Origin: Octopus vulgaris
Taxonomy: Eukaryota
DNA: 64,000 bases
Direction: 5' to 3'
Assembly (NCBI GenBank): GCA_951406725.2
Contig: OX597814.1
Location: forward strand, 132,122,001-132,186,000
Shown in pieces: positions 13,853 to 26,534 of the stretch (position 1 is the stretch's first letter; each line of letters begins with the position of its first letter). Position numbers and translations under genes: made by a program. The notes below the pieces were generated by a model. That model searched no databases and was not told the origin of the DNA. It saw nothing but the letters and a program-made list of their open reading frames with translations.

Positions 13853-14602
13853 ATCTAAACGCTATAAACATTTATGTATCTGAAAATACGTCCATATTAA
13901 ATAAATTTGTTCCCTCTATACTAATTGATATTTTCAATTAATTAGCGAAATTATTACTATATACTAATGTCATTAATCAGTGATATTTGGTTATTTATAC
14001 TTTATAGGCATGATATTTCCAAGAGCAAGCTGTAAACTTTCAGGCTTAATTAAACTCATATCATTATCTTGAATAACAGTAAATTTAAAGTGTCAGGCTC
14101 GTAGTAGCTGGGGACATCCTACGATCCAAACAAGTCAATGATTTTGACTTTCATATCTATAGAGACTTATAAATAAACATCTATGTAAACTACTATATAA
14201 TCTACAACATTTCTCCTCGTATTGCTTTGTAAGCACAAAGTAATAATGAGGATGATGAGGTGAACAGACTTATGACGCCCTTCTTAGGTATACACCGTCT
14301 AATAAATTTGGAGATGGTAATTCATGAAACGAAACATGCTGAATATACCAGATAATGGTGGAACAGTAAATTTTGGTTAAGTATATAGCGTGTGCACATG
14401 GACGGATAGTTTTGGGAAAGAGGTTAGAAATATAAGAGATTACATTCTTCTTTGATAATATGATTTCTTAGTTGTCACAAAACAAATGAGATACGTCATT
14501 TTCTAGTTATAGAGGGGGATTTATGCTGGTTAAATTCACTCAGGCATGAATTCTTGCAAGGCACATGAATTTCAAAATGTAAGTAGTGAGAATAGGTAAG
14601 AT

Positions 14603-14713
<111 letters not shown>

Positions 14714-14830
14714 CATGTGTATACATGTATATATATATATGTATATATGATAGATCGTTAGCTCATACACGCATTTTTTCTCTCCTTTTTTTTCTCTCCT
14801 TGTTTCTCTCCTTGTTTTTTTTTCTGTGTA

Positions 14831-14868
14831 TCTTTCTGTCGAAGAGCGTAGCCTCGAAACGTAAAAGA
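14831..14868 (+). ncRNA. Degenerate minimal type I hammerhead motif in a Penelope-like terminal repeat
   Basis: TCTTT CTGTCGA AGAG CGTAGC CTC GAAA CG TA AAAGA; stem I is perfect, core has one substitution. Confidence 0.55.
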
Positions 14869-14965
14869 CTTTTTCTATTTCTATTCCTGAGCGCTATACT
14901 AATACATTTGTTCGTTTGTACTCCACCTGCCTTCGTCTTTTGTTTATTTTCGTAAACTTTCCCCT

Positions 14966-15018
<53 letters not shown>

Positions 15019-15101
15019 TCTAATGTAGGATAAAATTTTTTGAAAAAATTCTATCGATGACCAGTATGAGTAAGTATTTCACTTATTCCTTTTGCCGCAT
15101 T

Positions 15102-15155
15102 TATCACTGATGAAGGGAAGGTTCTTATGAACTAACTCTGAAATCGGGTCCGATA
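15102..15155 (+). ncRNA. Hammerhead-like motif with degenerate stem III
   Basis: TATCA CTGATGA AGGG..GTTC TTAT GAAC..CTCT GAAA TCGGG TC CGATA. Confidence 0.5.
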
Positions 15156-15648
15156 TGGTAATAACGGGATTTTTTAGAAATTTCTATCAGCTTTCTTCGA
15201 CATACGTGCTTGTTAGTGATAAATTACATGGTTATTGACGTTGTCTATTTTCGGCATATTTAAAATTTTTTTTCTTTGTCCTTACTTATAAATTGTTTAT
15301 ATATATATATATATACAAAAAGCGATAAAGATTCAAGTCAATTTTAATGAATTTACTTGAATATGGTACCTAACTTAGATGCACCAAAAAACTATACGGT
15401 TTTAACCATACAGTAATGTGGGGTGATTATAAGCGAGAAAGAAGCAACAAGAATGGATAAGTTTTTAGTACAATCGTTTCATACAAAGACAGGCTTTATT
15501 AAAAGTTGCAAAAATTGCAGCATATAAACGTGTCCCGTACTCATCAGCTAAAATACATGTGAGTTCTCTAGACATCTTAGTGGTTGAGGCTATACTCATG
15601 AAGTAATGTAGATAATTAAGTAACATAAACAGATTTCCAAAGTTCATT

Positions 15649-15685
<37 letters not shown>

Positions 15686-15748
15686 CTATATCTATCTATA
15701 TATATATATATATATATGTATATATCTATCTATCTATATCTATCTATA

Positions 15749-15792
<44 letters not shown>

Positions 15793-17216
15793 TATAGATA
15801 TATATATATACATATATATATTTACATATACATATATATACCAGATTTCGCTCAGGTACTGAGGTATTAATTATTTGGTTTTAGAACGTATTATACATGG
15901 TTTAGATTGAGATGATTTGGAGTACAGAGCATCGAGGAAGCTACAATGTGATATAAATGTACTTTTAATAGGAGAAACACCTGTAAAATACTGAATCTGA
16001 TTACATAATTCCTGTTTCTTTGTCAGTTACGTGCCTAAGTAAATATATACATGTGTGTGTGTTTGTGTGTGTGTATTAACAGAGTAAGATTGAAAATGGT
16101 CGCCTTTTATATTTTTTATTTAGCGTATATGCATTGTTTGTATTTGATATTGTCGACTACACAGCATTGTAGGGTCAGCTGGGCATTGTCTGTGAGAAAA
16201 ACAAAACCATGACGCAATTCTCTCAGCAAAAAATTTGGGAACAACATGCTGTGTTGTTTGGCATTTGGGCCGGAAGCTCCAATACGAACAGTTCAGAGTG
16301 TTTGAGTGTCAATCTGAAGACAGTGCATGCACCGAGAGTGATAAAATGAAGCATTCAGTCAACATCATAGTGTTTCAAGTGTTCACAAGTAATGGTTGAC
16401 CTGCTTATTCTTCTGCGGGTCTTACGAATAGCAAAGGACAACGTTTTAGACTTCTCCCACTACAGACAATCCTGAGGCGCGAACTTGCGAGCTCTGGGAC
16501 GAAGACCGCTTCGCTCAACAAACAAACAAACAAGCAGCAAATGCAAAATATAAGTTAGTTCTAGAGCGCTCAATGTTCCTAAAGGTCAGCAATGGTCTTC
16601 CTCGGTCACGAGTGGACTGCTATCATATACATAGAACCAAACACGTGCTTTTCGTGGACTGTTTCCTTCTCTAGACGCTTCCTTTCTCCTATTTCTGACG
16701 AGAACTATGACCGAAACAAAAAAAGAACCACTCTTTTCCCACCTTCATTGAGCGTCATGCTAATACACTCCATACGTACGTCCTTTTGTTGTTTTGTAAT
16801 TTGTTAATTTTAGTGTTTGATTGTTACTCTTCAACTTTTAGGTATTTTTGTTTTATATATCGCAGTATCAATGACAGAATTTACATGCACCTAAGCTATA
16901 GTGAAGAGATAGAGACGACAAAAATAACCAATAAATAAAATGCTTTTGCGTTACTTTCGTTTCATTTGCTATGTACTTGTCAAACGGTCTGCTATTATTG
17001 TTGTTAATTCCATCTGTGACAAAACACCTATTATTTATTCTCCTTGAAGATATTCGTCTGGTTTCCAGTTCTATCAGTAAACCTAGAACGGTCGATAACA
17101 TTACAGAAGTGTATCACGTTGAGACTCGAACTCAGTAGGGCTTCATCTGTAATAAAAAAAACAAAAATAACTTCACTTTCTGCTTGTTTTCCTTTTTCAA
17201 GTGAATAATCAGTATA

Positions 17217-17231
17217 ATGAAGATAACAGCA
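17217..17231 (+). CDS. IL17: IL-17-like gene 2, coding part of exon 1 (MKITA)
   Basis: ATG AAG ATA ACA GCA followed by GTAAGT; upstream AAGTGAA...TATAATG matches gene 1. Confidence 0.7.
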
Positions 17232-18068
17232 GTAAGTAGCACTTCTCATATACGTGCACACACACACACACACATATATACACACATACGCACACTTTCA
17301 TAAAATTTCTTAAGAAATAAACTAATTTTGAAAAGGGTAATGATCCTTTCTACTAAAGTCACAAGGCCTGAAATTTGGGGGAAGGGGAATGTTGATTTTA
17401 TGGACCCCAATATTTCACTGCTACTTAATTTATCTGCCCTGAAAGGAAGAAAGGCAAATACAACCTCGGCAGTATTTGACCTCAGAACACGAAGACGGAC
17501 GAAATACCTATTTCATTTCTACCCACAAGGGGCTAGTCAACAGAGGGGCCAAACAAAGACAAACGGATAAAGTCGATTACATCGATCCCAGTGCGTAACT
17601 GGTACTTAATTTATCGACCCCGAAAGGATGAAAGGCAAAGTCGACCTCTGCAGAATTTGAACTCAGAACGTAACGGCAGACGAAATACGGCTACGCATTT
17701 CGCCCGGCATGCTAACGTTTCTGCCAGCTCACCGCCTTCGACGGACGAAATACCGGTAGCCATTTAATCTGGCGTGCCAATGGTTCTGCCACGTCACGAC
17801 CTCTATTATTTAGGTGTAAATTTTCAAATCTATGTTTGCATTTTTTTACTGAGCACTGACGTAAATCGCGTTTCTTTTCGAAAACTTAGCAGGGTTTCTT
17901 AAAACAACATAATTAGAAATAAACATAGTGCTTCAATTATTAAGATATTTTCGCTAGACATTTAGAAATTCAATATTTCTAATTACGGTGACCAGTGAAT
18001 AGATTTCACTGTAAATAGATATATTTGCGAAGGCTTGGCAAGTATCACCGCTAGCGGGGACACGCTAC

Positions 18069-18114
18069 CCTGGACTGATGACGGGAAATACCCAGAAACA
18101 TGCATGTCTTCAGG
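18069..18114 (+). ncRNA. Type I hammerhead ribozyme motif, intact core, sense strand of the gene 2 intron
   Basis: CCTGGA CTGATGA C GGG AAATA CCC A GAAA CATGCATG TC TTCAGG: stem I CCTGGA/TTCAGG, palindromic stem III, GUC site. Confidence 0.75.
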
Positions 18115-18337
18115 TTGCTAGTCCTAGCTGGAGGTGGTGCTTGCCTCCCCTTTGCAAATATAAGGACACAGGAAATGTGTCAAAGCCGGCAGGAAGCGTC
18201 GATGCTTTCTAGGGCTATATAGCGGTGTGTAATTCCCTCTACGGGACTGTCACGTTATGTTGACTTTATACAACCACTCTATCGCTCCACCACCGCTCAT
18301 GTCTCGTTGAGACATTTAGAAATTTAATATTTCTAAT

Positions 18338-18369
<32 letters not shown>

Positions 18370-19079
18370 GATTTTATCTTCTGTAGCCAGATACTTTTTA
18401 AATATGCACAGAATTATCCCAGTATAGAATTATACATAAGTCATACATAAGTATTTGATTATGATCCCCTCTCTATATATAGATATAAATTTTTTAATTT
18501 CTTAGTTTAATTCTCTTATATATTGATATTTTTTAGCAACCTAGATCTTTAACTATTCTTACAACTATTTTAGTTTTATTTTTAATTCAAATGTTTATAA
18601 TATAATATAATATAATATAATATAATATATTTAAATAATTTTCTAATATTATAATTTTTATATAGTTTTTATAATGTATTTAAAATCTTATTTTTAATAA
18701 TATACAGTGTATGAGTATACCTACATCGCCACAACAAATTCGTGCATATATATATAAAATTATTTATGTACATATGTGTTACACGGGTATAGTTGTTCAG
18801 TGTAAAAGAATGTTTCTTTGTACACTGTCGTATACAGAGTGCATATATACACTATCGTATGTTTCGAGTTATGATTATCTTTTTGTCTATACTTGTCAGT
18901 GTATATATTGTATATGTGTATATACGCAAATATATACACGTAATTGTTGTTTTACTTACACAAAATCAGGGTTTTTATTTTATACTTGATTATTTAGTTG
19001 TACCACTATTTACATGCAAAAATCTTTATGTGTATATCTATATATGATATGGTTCTTTTTGAGAAACCATATCCACACA

Positions 19080-19242
19080 GGCGCAGGAGTGGATGTGTAG
19101 TAAGTAGCTTGCTTACCAACCACATGGTTCCGGGCTCAGTCCCTCTGTGTGGCACCTTGGGCAAATGTCTTCTACTATAGCCTCAGGCCGACCAAAGCCT
19201 TGTGATTGGATTTGGTAGATGGAAACTGAAAGAAGCCCGTCG

Positions 19243-19330
<88 letters not shown>

Positions 19331-19610
19331 TGTGTGTGTGTGTGTGTGTGTTGTGTGTGTGTGTTGTGTGTGTGTTGTGTGTGTGTGTGTGTGTGTATGT
19401 GTGTCTGTGTTTGTCCCCACCAACATCGCTTGACAACCGATGTTGTTGTGTTTACGTCCCCGTAACTTAGCAGTTCGGCAAAAGTGACGATAGAATAAGT
19501 ATTAGGATTTCAAAGAATAGGTCTTGGAGGCGATTTTCTCGACTAAAGGCAGTGCTCCAGCATGGCCGCAGTCAAATGACTGAAACAAGTAAAAGAGTAA
19601 AAGAGTAATA
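19080..19610 (+). mobile_element. Full-length SINE family A with internal (TA)n(TG)n tract
   Basis: tRNA-like head, conserved body, GTAAAAGA tail repeat. Confidence 0.85.
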
Positions 19611-20339
19611 TATACATATATACCAATATTTTAAATTTTTACCGATCTCTAGCCCATTTCCCCCCCTTTATCTTCTATTTATCTTCTAATTTTTATTTAT
19701 TATCTCCCCTACACCAATAATATTTACTTTCTCTGAAATTACTCTCTAATCCTTTCGATATAAATTTTTCTATGTACTATTCCAAAGATGTTTTAAAATT
19801 TTAGCAGCGAATATATCCTCTAAGCTTCATATATTTATTTATTTTCCTTATAACTTTTATACTTTTCCTATATGGTCGTATTAACCGCCTATTAGTATCT
19901 AACTTTAACTACAGTCCGTAAATTACCTATTTTCCTCACATATGTTTTATTTAATTACTATTATAAAGTTTATATACTACTAACCATTGACGGGAGCCCT
20001 AAACATCTTTTCTTATTTGTAAAAAAAAAACTGTATTGATTATGAACGGAGAAATATAAATTTCATTCTCCCGTATTTAAAAATTACGTACTTCCTTATT
20101 TGGCTTTTCAACTCCAATTGCTTATTCCCTCCTATATGGAGGTATTAACTAGATTATTTACACTAATCTATAGAGAGAAAGTCAATTATATTTCTATGTT
20201 TTATTCCATCACCTGACCGTTACTCGTTCGTCGTGTTTTAAATACTAGAACAATTATTTTTTAGAAAAATTTCGTAAGAACACAATACCCATGTAATTCC
20301 AAAGTTCTACTTTTTCTTTAAGCTTTTTTTTCTTATTGT

Positions 20340-20416
20340 GCTACTGGTGAGTATCGTTGACAATTCAGATTCTTAAAATTAATTTATCGTCTTTTTGTAC
20401 GAAACGATCGTCTAGC
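20340..20416 (+). ncRNA. Degenerate hammerhead motif in the gene 2 intron
   Basis: GCTA CTGGTGA GTA...TAC GAAA CGATCG TC TAGC; one core substitution and a long loop 2. Confidence 0.55.
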
Positions 20417-21332
20417 GAATTGAATAAATGTTTTAACATCTAATCTCCATTTATAAAAAAAAATCTGATTGAATTTGTCGAACTTTGCTCTATAACTTAA
20501 ATCATATACTTAATATACTGGGAATCGAAACCACAATCCGACGAGCACGAATGCAACATTGCTAATCACTTTACATACACACATACATACATACATACAT
20601 ACATACATACATACATACATACATACATACATACATACATACGTACGTACATACATATTGAAATTTCACATAATGGTCTGCTCTAATTAAATGGAGCTAA
20701 AAAAAAGGGTGGTAGAGACAAAAGTGTATAATTAAATAGACTATATGCATTTGCGATGCATCTCTGTAAAAGACCTAGGGAGAATATTATTTAAAAAAAA
20801 ATATATAAGAGACAATAAAACCAATGGCTCGGTATAAAACAAATTAAAACCCATGAAAATTTCATTAGAAACCAATTATTAGTAAATACTTTAGTTATTC
20901 GAACACAACAATACGTACATAACAATCTTCTTCGGTTAATCTCCAAACTGGAGATTAACCCGGTTTCCATGGCGTATAAGTGAGATTACAACACTCATCC
21001 TGGATAGGACGCCAATCCGTTGCGGAGTTAATTCGCCAGTCGTTGCTGGAAATCATTTACAGCTGAGTAGAGTAGAACAATGTGAAGCGAACTGTTTTAC
21101 TCAAGAATACGACGCAATAGCCAGTCTGGGAATCAAAACCGCAATCCGACGAGCACGAATGCAAAATTTTTAATCACTTTATACACACGCCACTAAAATC
21201 TTTGATAAAAATACTAAAGAATCTATTAGAAAAAAGACAATTAAAGGGAAGAAACTTAGATTTAAATGTCACTGAGTTATCGCCTCTTCCAAACTGAAGC
21301 AACATTCACTTGTAGTCTTTACATTCTGAGTG

Positions 21333-21660
21333 TGAGAGCGCGTGGCTTAGTGGTTAGGGCATTCGGCTCATGAACGTAAGGTTGTGAGTTCGATTCCCGG
21401 CGACGCGTTGTGTCCTTGAGCAAGACACTGTATTTCACGTTGCTCCAGTCCACTCAGCTGGCAAAAATGAGTAGTACCTGTATTTCAAAAAAGGGCCAGC
21501 CTTGTCACACTGTGTCACGCTGAATCTCATTATGGACTACGTTAAGGGTACAAGTGTCTGTGGAATGCTCAGCCACTTGCACGTTAATTTCACGAGCAAA
21601 CTGTCCCGTTGATCGTATCAGCTGGGACCCTCATCGTCGTAACCGACGGAGAGCTCCAAA
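21333..21660 (+). mobile_element. tRNA-derived SINE family D nested in a family C repeat
   Basis: Head GTGGCTTAGTGGTTAG ... GAGTTCGATTCCC, body GTGTCCTTGAGCAAGACAC; flanked by repeated ACATTCTGAGT. Confidence 0.7.
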
Positions 21661-22602
21661 CATTCTGAGTTCAAATTTCCCGAGGTCGACTTTGCCTTTC
21701 ATTCTTTCGGGGTCGATAGACTAAGTACCAGTTACGTACTGGGGCCGATCTAATCGACTAGTTCCCTCACCCAAAATTTCGGGCCTTCTGTCTAGAGAAG
21801 AATAGGATATCTAGTCTCAGTCAAAAGAAATATATTTACAGACATGTCAGAGCCGGAACAATATGGTATACGCCAGAAAAAGAAAAGCAATCAACCAAGC
21901 TCTAATACATGCATGTTACAGTACGCCTATATAATCGATCCCATATTTAGTTGACAATAATGCTACAAAGATAGAGAGAAATTAGATCCTATTCCCTTTA
22001 AGAATAAAATAACATTATTTCTCTCATTGTCTCTCTCCCTCCCTCTTTATTTCTTTCTGGTTGATCAAATATGTATGTCACGCTATTCGAAACGTGTGTA
22101 GCTAATTAGATCATTGATTCACCCTTTCACTTTATATAGATATACAAGCTACGCGAGGGCGTTTATACTTCCATATCCGTTAACGGTTATATTTAATACT
22201 CTTTTCGCTATGTTGCGTGTTGGGTTCTTTTAGGCATCTGTTGTTTTATTCTTCTTCTTCTATATAAATGAATCTATATGCTTTAACTTGATGCTTTTCT
22301 TCACAAGAACTGAGAAGATAAATGCAGAACAGTCATTTTAACGAGTTGTGTCTCTTTATCACACGAAGAGACACATCTGCACCGTCGAATGCTCCTGAAC
22401 TAGTTGTTAAATATTTCACTCGTCAGGTATCGATGCTGAATGTGTCGAAACAATCATAGTGGTTAATAAAAACTCTCGTATCTTCCATCTTCCGTCTTTC
22501 ATTAACCATGCATAACGAACACTGTGAAAGTGACCGTACTTTGCCAGTAAAATACCAGGTATAAACCAATCGTTTTATTATCTAATATCTGATTTTATAT
22601 AT

Positions 22603-22647
<45 letters not shown>

Positions 22648-22744
22648 CAATTTAAAAATAGGATAAAATCTTCATAAGAATTTATCAAGTAGTCAGCGTT
22701 AAAAACCTCATAAGAGCAAAAATCCACCAATTTTTTCACTTAAA

Positions 22745-22980
22745 TATATTTATTTATATTATATAGAGGGCATTATTACACATAAATGCCAAACGCTAGG
22801 AGGGACTCTTAAAGTCAAAACTACTAAAATAAATAAACATATCGTACCGAATGTTTATAAATGACTTGCTTCGAGAGTTGCCTTCAGTACGATATGTTTA
22901 TTTTAGTAGTTTTGACTTTAAGAGTCCCTCTTAGCGTGTGGCATTTATGTGTAATAATGCCCTCTATATATAATATATAT
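22745..22980. repeat. Near-perfect ~100 bp inverted repeat just upstream of the gene 2 acceptor
   Basis: TATAGAGGGCATTATTACACATAAATGCC...GACTCTTAAAGTCAAAACTACTAAAAT is mirrored at 22885-22975. Confidence 0.9.
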
Positions 22981-23074
22981 ATATATATATGAAGCAAGTT
23001 TATTTCATTTATGTTTATCTTGTGTAATTGAGCGTAAAATTCACCACTTGACCAAAATATTTTCTGATTCACAG

Positions 23075-23597
23075 GTTAACATCCATCTTGCAATTTTCCT
23101 CCCCCTCTTGATTATATCTACAACATCACTTCCAACAGAATGTAAAACTCCATTAGACTTGAAAGTCCAGTACGAGAGACTGTCCTGGACACCCGATGAC
23201 AATACGTTTTATCTGCCGGTTGAGATGGTTTCAGCCAAAAACAAGCGGCAAAATCTGATCGTCGGAGATATGGATTGCCCAACATCTGCTTCTGCTGAAG
23301 ATATCAAGGAGCATTCGAACTGTCCTTGGTTCTTGACTCCTACTCATGAGTTAATAGTTTTCCCTCCATCACGTAAGCAAGTAAATATGTCGCTGTACAG
23401 ATTGTCTAGACGCAGACAGCAATCATTATTGTATAATGGTATACACTAAACACTTTGTTCTCAATCGTACAGATGAATGCGTAGATGGCATGTTTGTGTA
23501 TAAACCAGTCGTGATTGATGTAGCCATATCCTGTGTATGTGCTCGTAAAGTCGATGTGATAGCCAAAGGACAATACGACGACTACTATGAGACTTAA
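23075..23597 (+). pseudogene. IL17: IL-17-like gene 2, exon 2, with a +1 frameshift at 23383-23385
   Basis: Acceptor TTCACAG at 23074; signal-like VNIHLAIFLPLLIIST; SNCPWF; removing one A restores RKQVICRCTDCLDADSNHYCIMVY...ECVDGMFVYKPVVIDVAISCVCARK...YET-stop (522 nt, as in gene 1). AATAAA at 23684. Confidence 0.85.
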
Positions 23598-25173
23598 ATA
23601 GAGACAACTACCAACAATTACAATGCATGTAAAGCAAACATTATTCAAAGCTTGATATATCATGTAGACCTCTACGTGGCTATAATAAACCTTTGTACAT
23701 ATTTCATTGGCTTGTTTTAGCGTATGTAAATGTGTTATACATACATCTACATTTCATAATCTTTAGTATATTCAATGAAATCCTACGTCATTAATATGAA
23801 ATAATTTAACTTTGTTAAAAAAATTATCTAAGTAGTAGCATGATATTTAATTATATGTGTTATATATACAAAATATATAACTACACAAGACAGAGCAATA
23901 TTATGCATTTTAACAGCTTTTTATCATTGATATTGATACACATTCATGCACACACGCACACAGACGTGCTTGTACACATACGTGCAATCTCTATATCACG
24001 CGTTCATTTCCTGCTTTTCATATTTACCGGCGATAGGTTGGTGGAATACCAGATATTTTAAAACAAATATGCTATGCATTATTCTGTCTGAATTAAAATC
24101 TCGTTCATATTTGACTGATGTTTTCATCTTAACTGTTCTCGGTGAAAATAAATACCAGAAACGTACTCAGTTAAAAAATATCAATTAGTCACCACTTATT
24201 CTTTATCTCCTTTCGAATACAGAAGGTGATATTGTACCGGTGGCTTCAAATTAACGACATAATTTTGAAGATAATAATAAAATACTTTACAATAATTAAC
24301 GCGACGAGGATGGCTGACCTGTTGAATCAGTGGATCATCGGACAAATACTGTGTGGAATTTTTTCTTTCTCTGCTGTTCTAATTTCAAATACAGTTCAAG
24401 TCAAATTTGCTTATCGTCATTCTGGTGTCAAAAAAATGTAATTCCAATCAGGCAAAATGTTGGTTGCTTCAATCGAACAACAACTCTCCACCAAAATAGA
24501 TTAGGCACCAATTTAGAAGCCATTATCTGTTGTCATCGACTCAATTTTAGAATTCAAATTTTACAAGTTATGCATTTACAGCTTATGCCAAAATAAGCCC
24601 AACGATAGAAGTTTTATTCAATAGGTTGTTAAGTCATATGTAAGAAATTAAAATTCCTCCTTTGGAAGAAAGTCAGGCTTTAAAAGGTAATCTTAGAGTA
24701 AGAATCACTTTCATAAAGCTTTAACAACAATGTTCTATTTGTATCAAATTACATAGGTGTTGCCTTAGCAGAACAATGGGTAAAATGCTTTGTTATATTA
24801 AGATAAGTTTGTTTTGATCTAAGTTCACGTCCCACGATATGAAGTGAACTTATTGTGCTCTTAGCATCAGTAAATTTGATACCAATAAATCACTGTGTTC
24901 CTTTGCCAATGACAAAGATCTGAAATATAAACATATAGTTAATATGGATATACATTGCATGCATTATAAATTCTATTGTACTGACACAGTCACGTATGTG
25001 CAAATGTAATCGTCGCCTAGTGCAATGTAGCAAGCAATCATGAGTTCAACTTAACTAATAAGCCACATTTTTTCAAATGTATACAATGCACAATTTCAAC
25101 GATGATAGATGCATAAATTCATACATACATACATACATACATACATACATACATACATACATACATACATACA

Positions 25174-25205
<32 letters not shown>

Positions 25206-25322
25206 GACAGACAGACATGCATACATACATACATGCATGCATGCATACATACATACATACATACATACATAAATACATACATATATACATATATACATAC
25301 ATAAATACATGCATACATATAT

Positions 25323-25409
<87 letters not shown>

Positions 25410-25629
25410 CACAAAGTATGGGGGTTTAGTTCACGGGTGATCTAAAAGATTAGGTACGCTAGGTAAATGCTGTAACGGGTTACTAGGATTCCAAAGGTTA
25501 TACCCGAGACGGTAGTTATGGAGCCATTGCAGATATCCGATATAGCGGACATATAAAGAGGACAACAAACGTTAAGACAAGGCAGACATCTCATGTCATA
25601 TACGTTATTATTATTGGGAAAAGTTCCAA

Positions 25630-25685
25630 GTCTTACAGCTGTTTCTGGGATATCCTAGAGTATGGGGTATTCCGTCATCATAGAC
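25630..25685 (-). ncRNA. Hammerhead motif, inverted copy of 26015-26070, core C changed to A
   Basis: Minus strand: GTCT ATGATGA CGGAATACCCCA TACTC TAGGATATCCCA GAAA CAGCTG TA AGAC. Confidence 0.6.
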
Positions 25686-25862
25686 AAATAGAGAAAATGA
25701 GAAGGGTATAGATTTACATTATTTACATTCGACGGATATTTGTCCTCAACTTGTTTGTTGTTATCACAACGTTTCAGCCTTCTTCAGTTGTCTTGGGGAA
25801 ATTTCGAACTTGGGTTCTCATTCGTAAGATATTTTTTCGATGTTGTTGTTGTTATTATCATT

Positions 25863-25894
<32 letters not shown>

Positions 25895-26014
25895 TATTAT
25901 TATCATTATTATTATTGTTAGTGTTCAGGTCACTGCTTGGAACCGAACTCAGAATCTTGGGGTTAGTAACCCGCGCTCTTAACCACTATGCCATATGCCC
26001 GTGGGCACATATTT

Positions 26015-26070
26015 GTCTCTGATGACGGAATATCCCATACTCTGGGATATCCCAGAAACAGCTGTAAGAC
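26015..26070 (+). ncRNA. Type I hammerhead ribozyme motif, intact core
   Basis: GTCT CTGATGA C GGAATATCCCA TACTC TGGGATATCCC A GAAA CAGCTG TA AGAC. Confidence 0.75.
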
Positions 26071-26396
26071 TGACTTTTTTCCAATAATTCTCCTTTCTCT
26101 TTTTTTATTTCTTTATTGCCCACAAGGGGCTAAGCATAGTGGGGACAAACAAGGACAGACAAAGGGATTAAGTCGATTACATCGACCTCAGTGCGTAACT
26201 GGTACTTAATCATCCGAAAGGATGAAAGGCAAAGTCGACCTCGGTGGAATTCAAACTCAGAACGTAACAGCAGACGAAATACTGCTAAGCATTTCGTCCG
26301 GCGTGTTGTTTGCCGTGCCTTAACGTTTGTTGTCTTCTTTAACAATTGTATATATACACACACACTACACATAGACACACACACACACGCGCACAC

Positions 26397-26463
<67 letters not shown>

Positions 26464-26534
26464 CTCACACACCAAATTGATGTCTTATAAAACTGCTCCG
26501 CACATACGATAATAGCCTTGTAGAATACGAAAAT

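Noticed and set aside
22392-22430. CTGACGAG on the minus strand near a palindromic AACTAGTT
   Set aside because: GAAA is missing at the required position; at best a decayed hammerhead.
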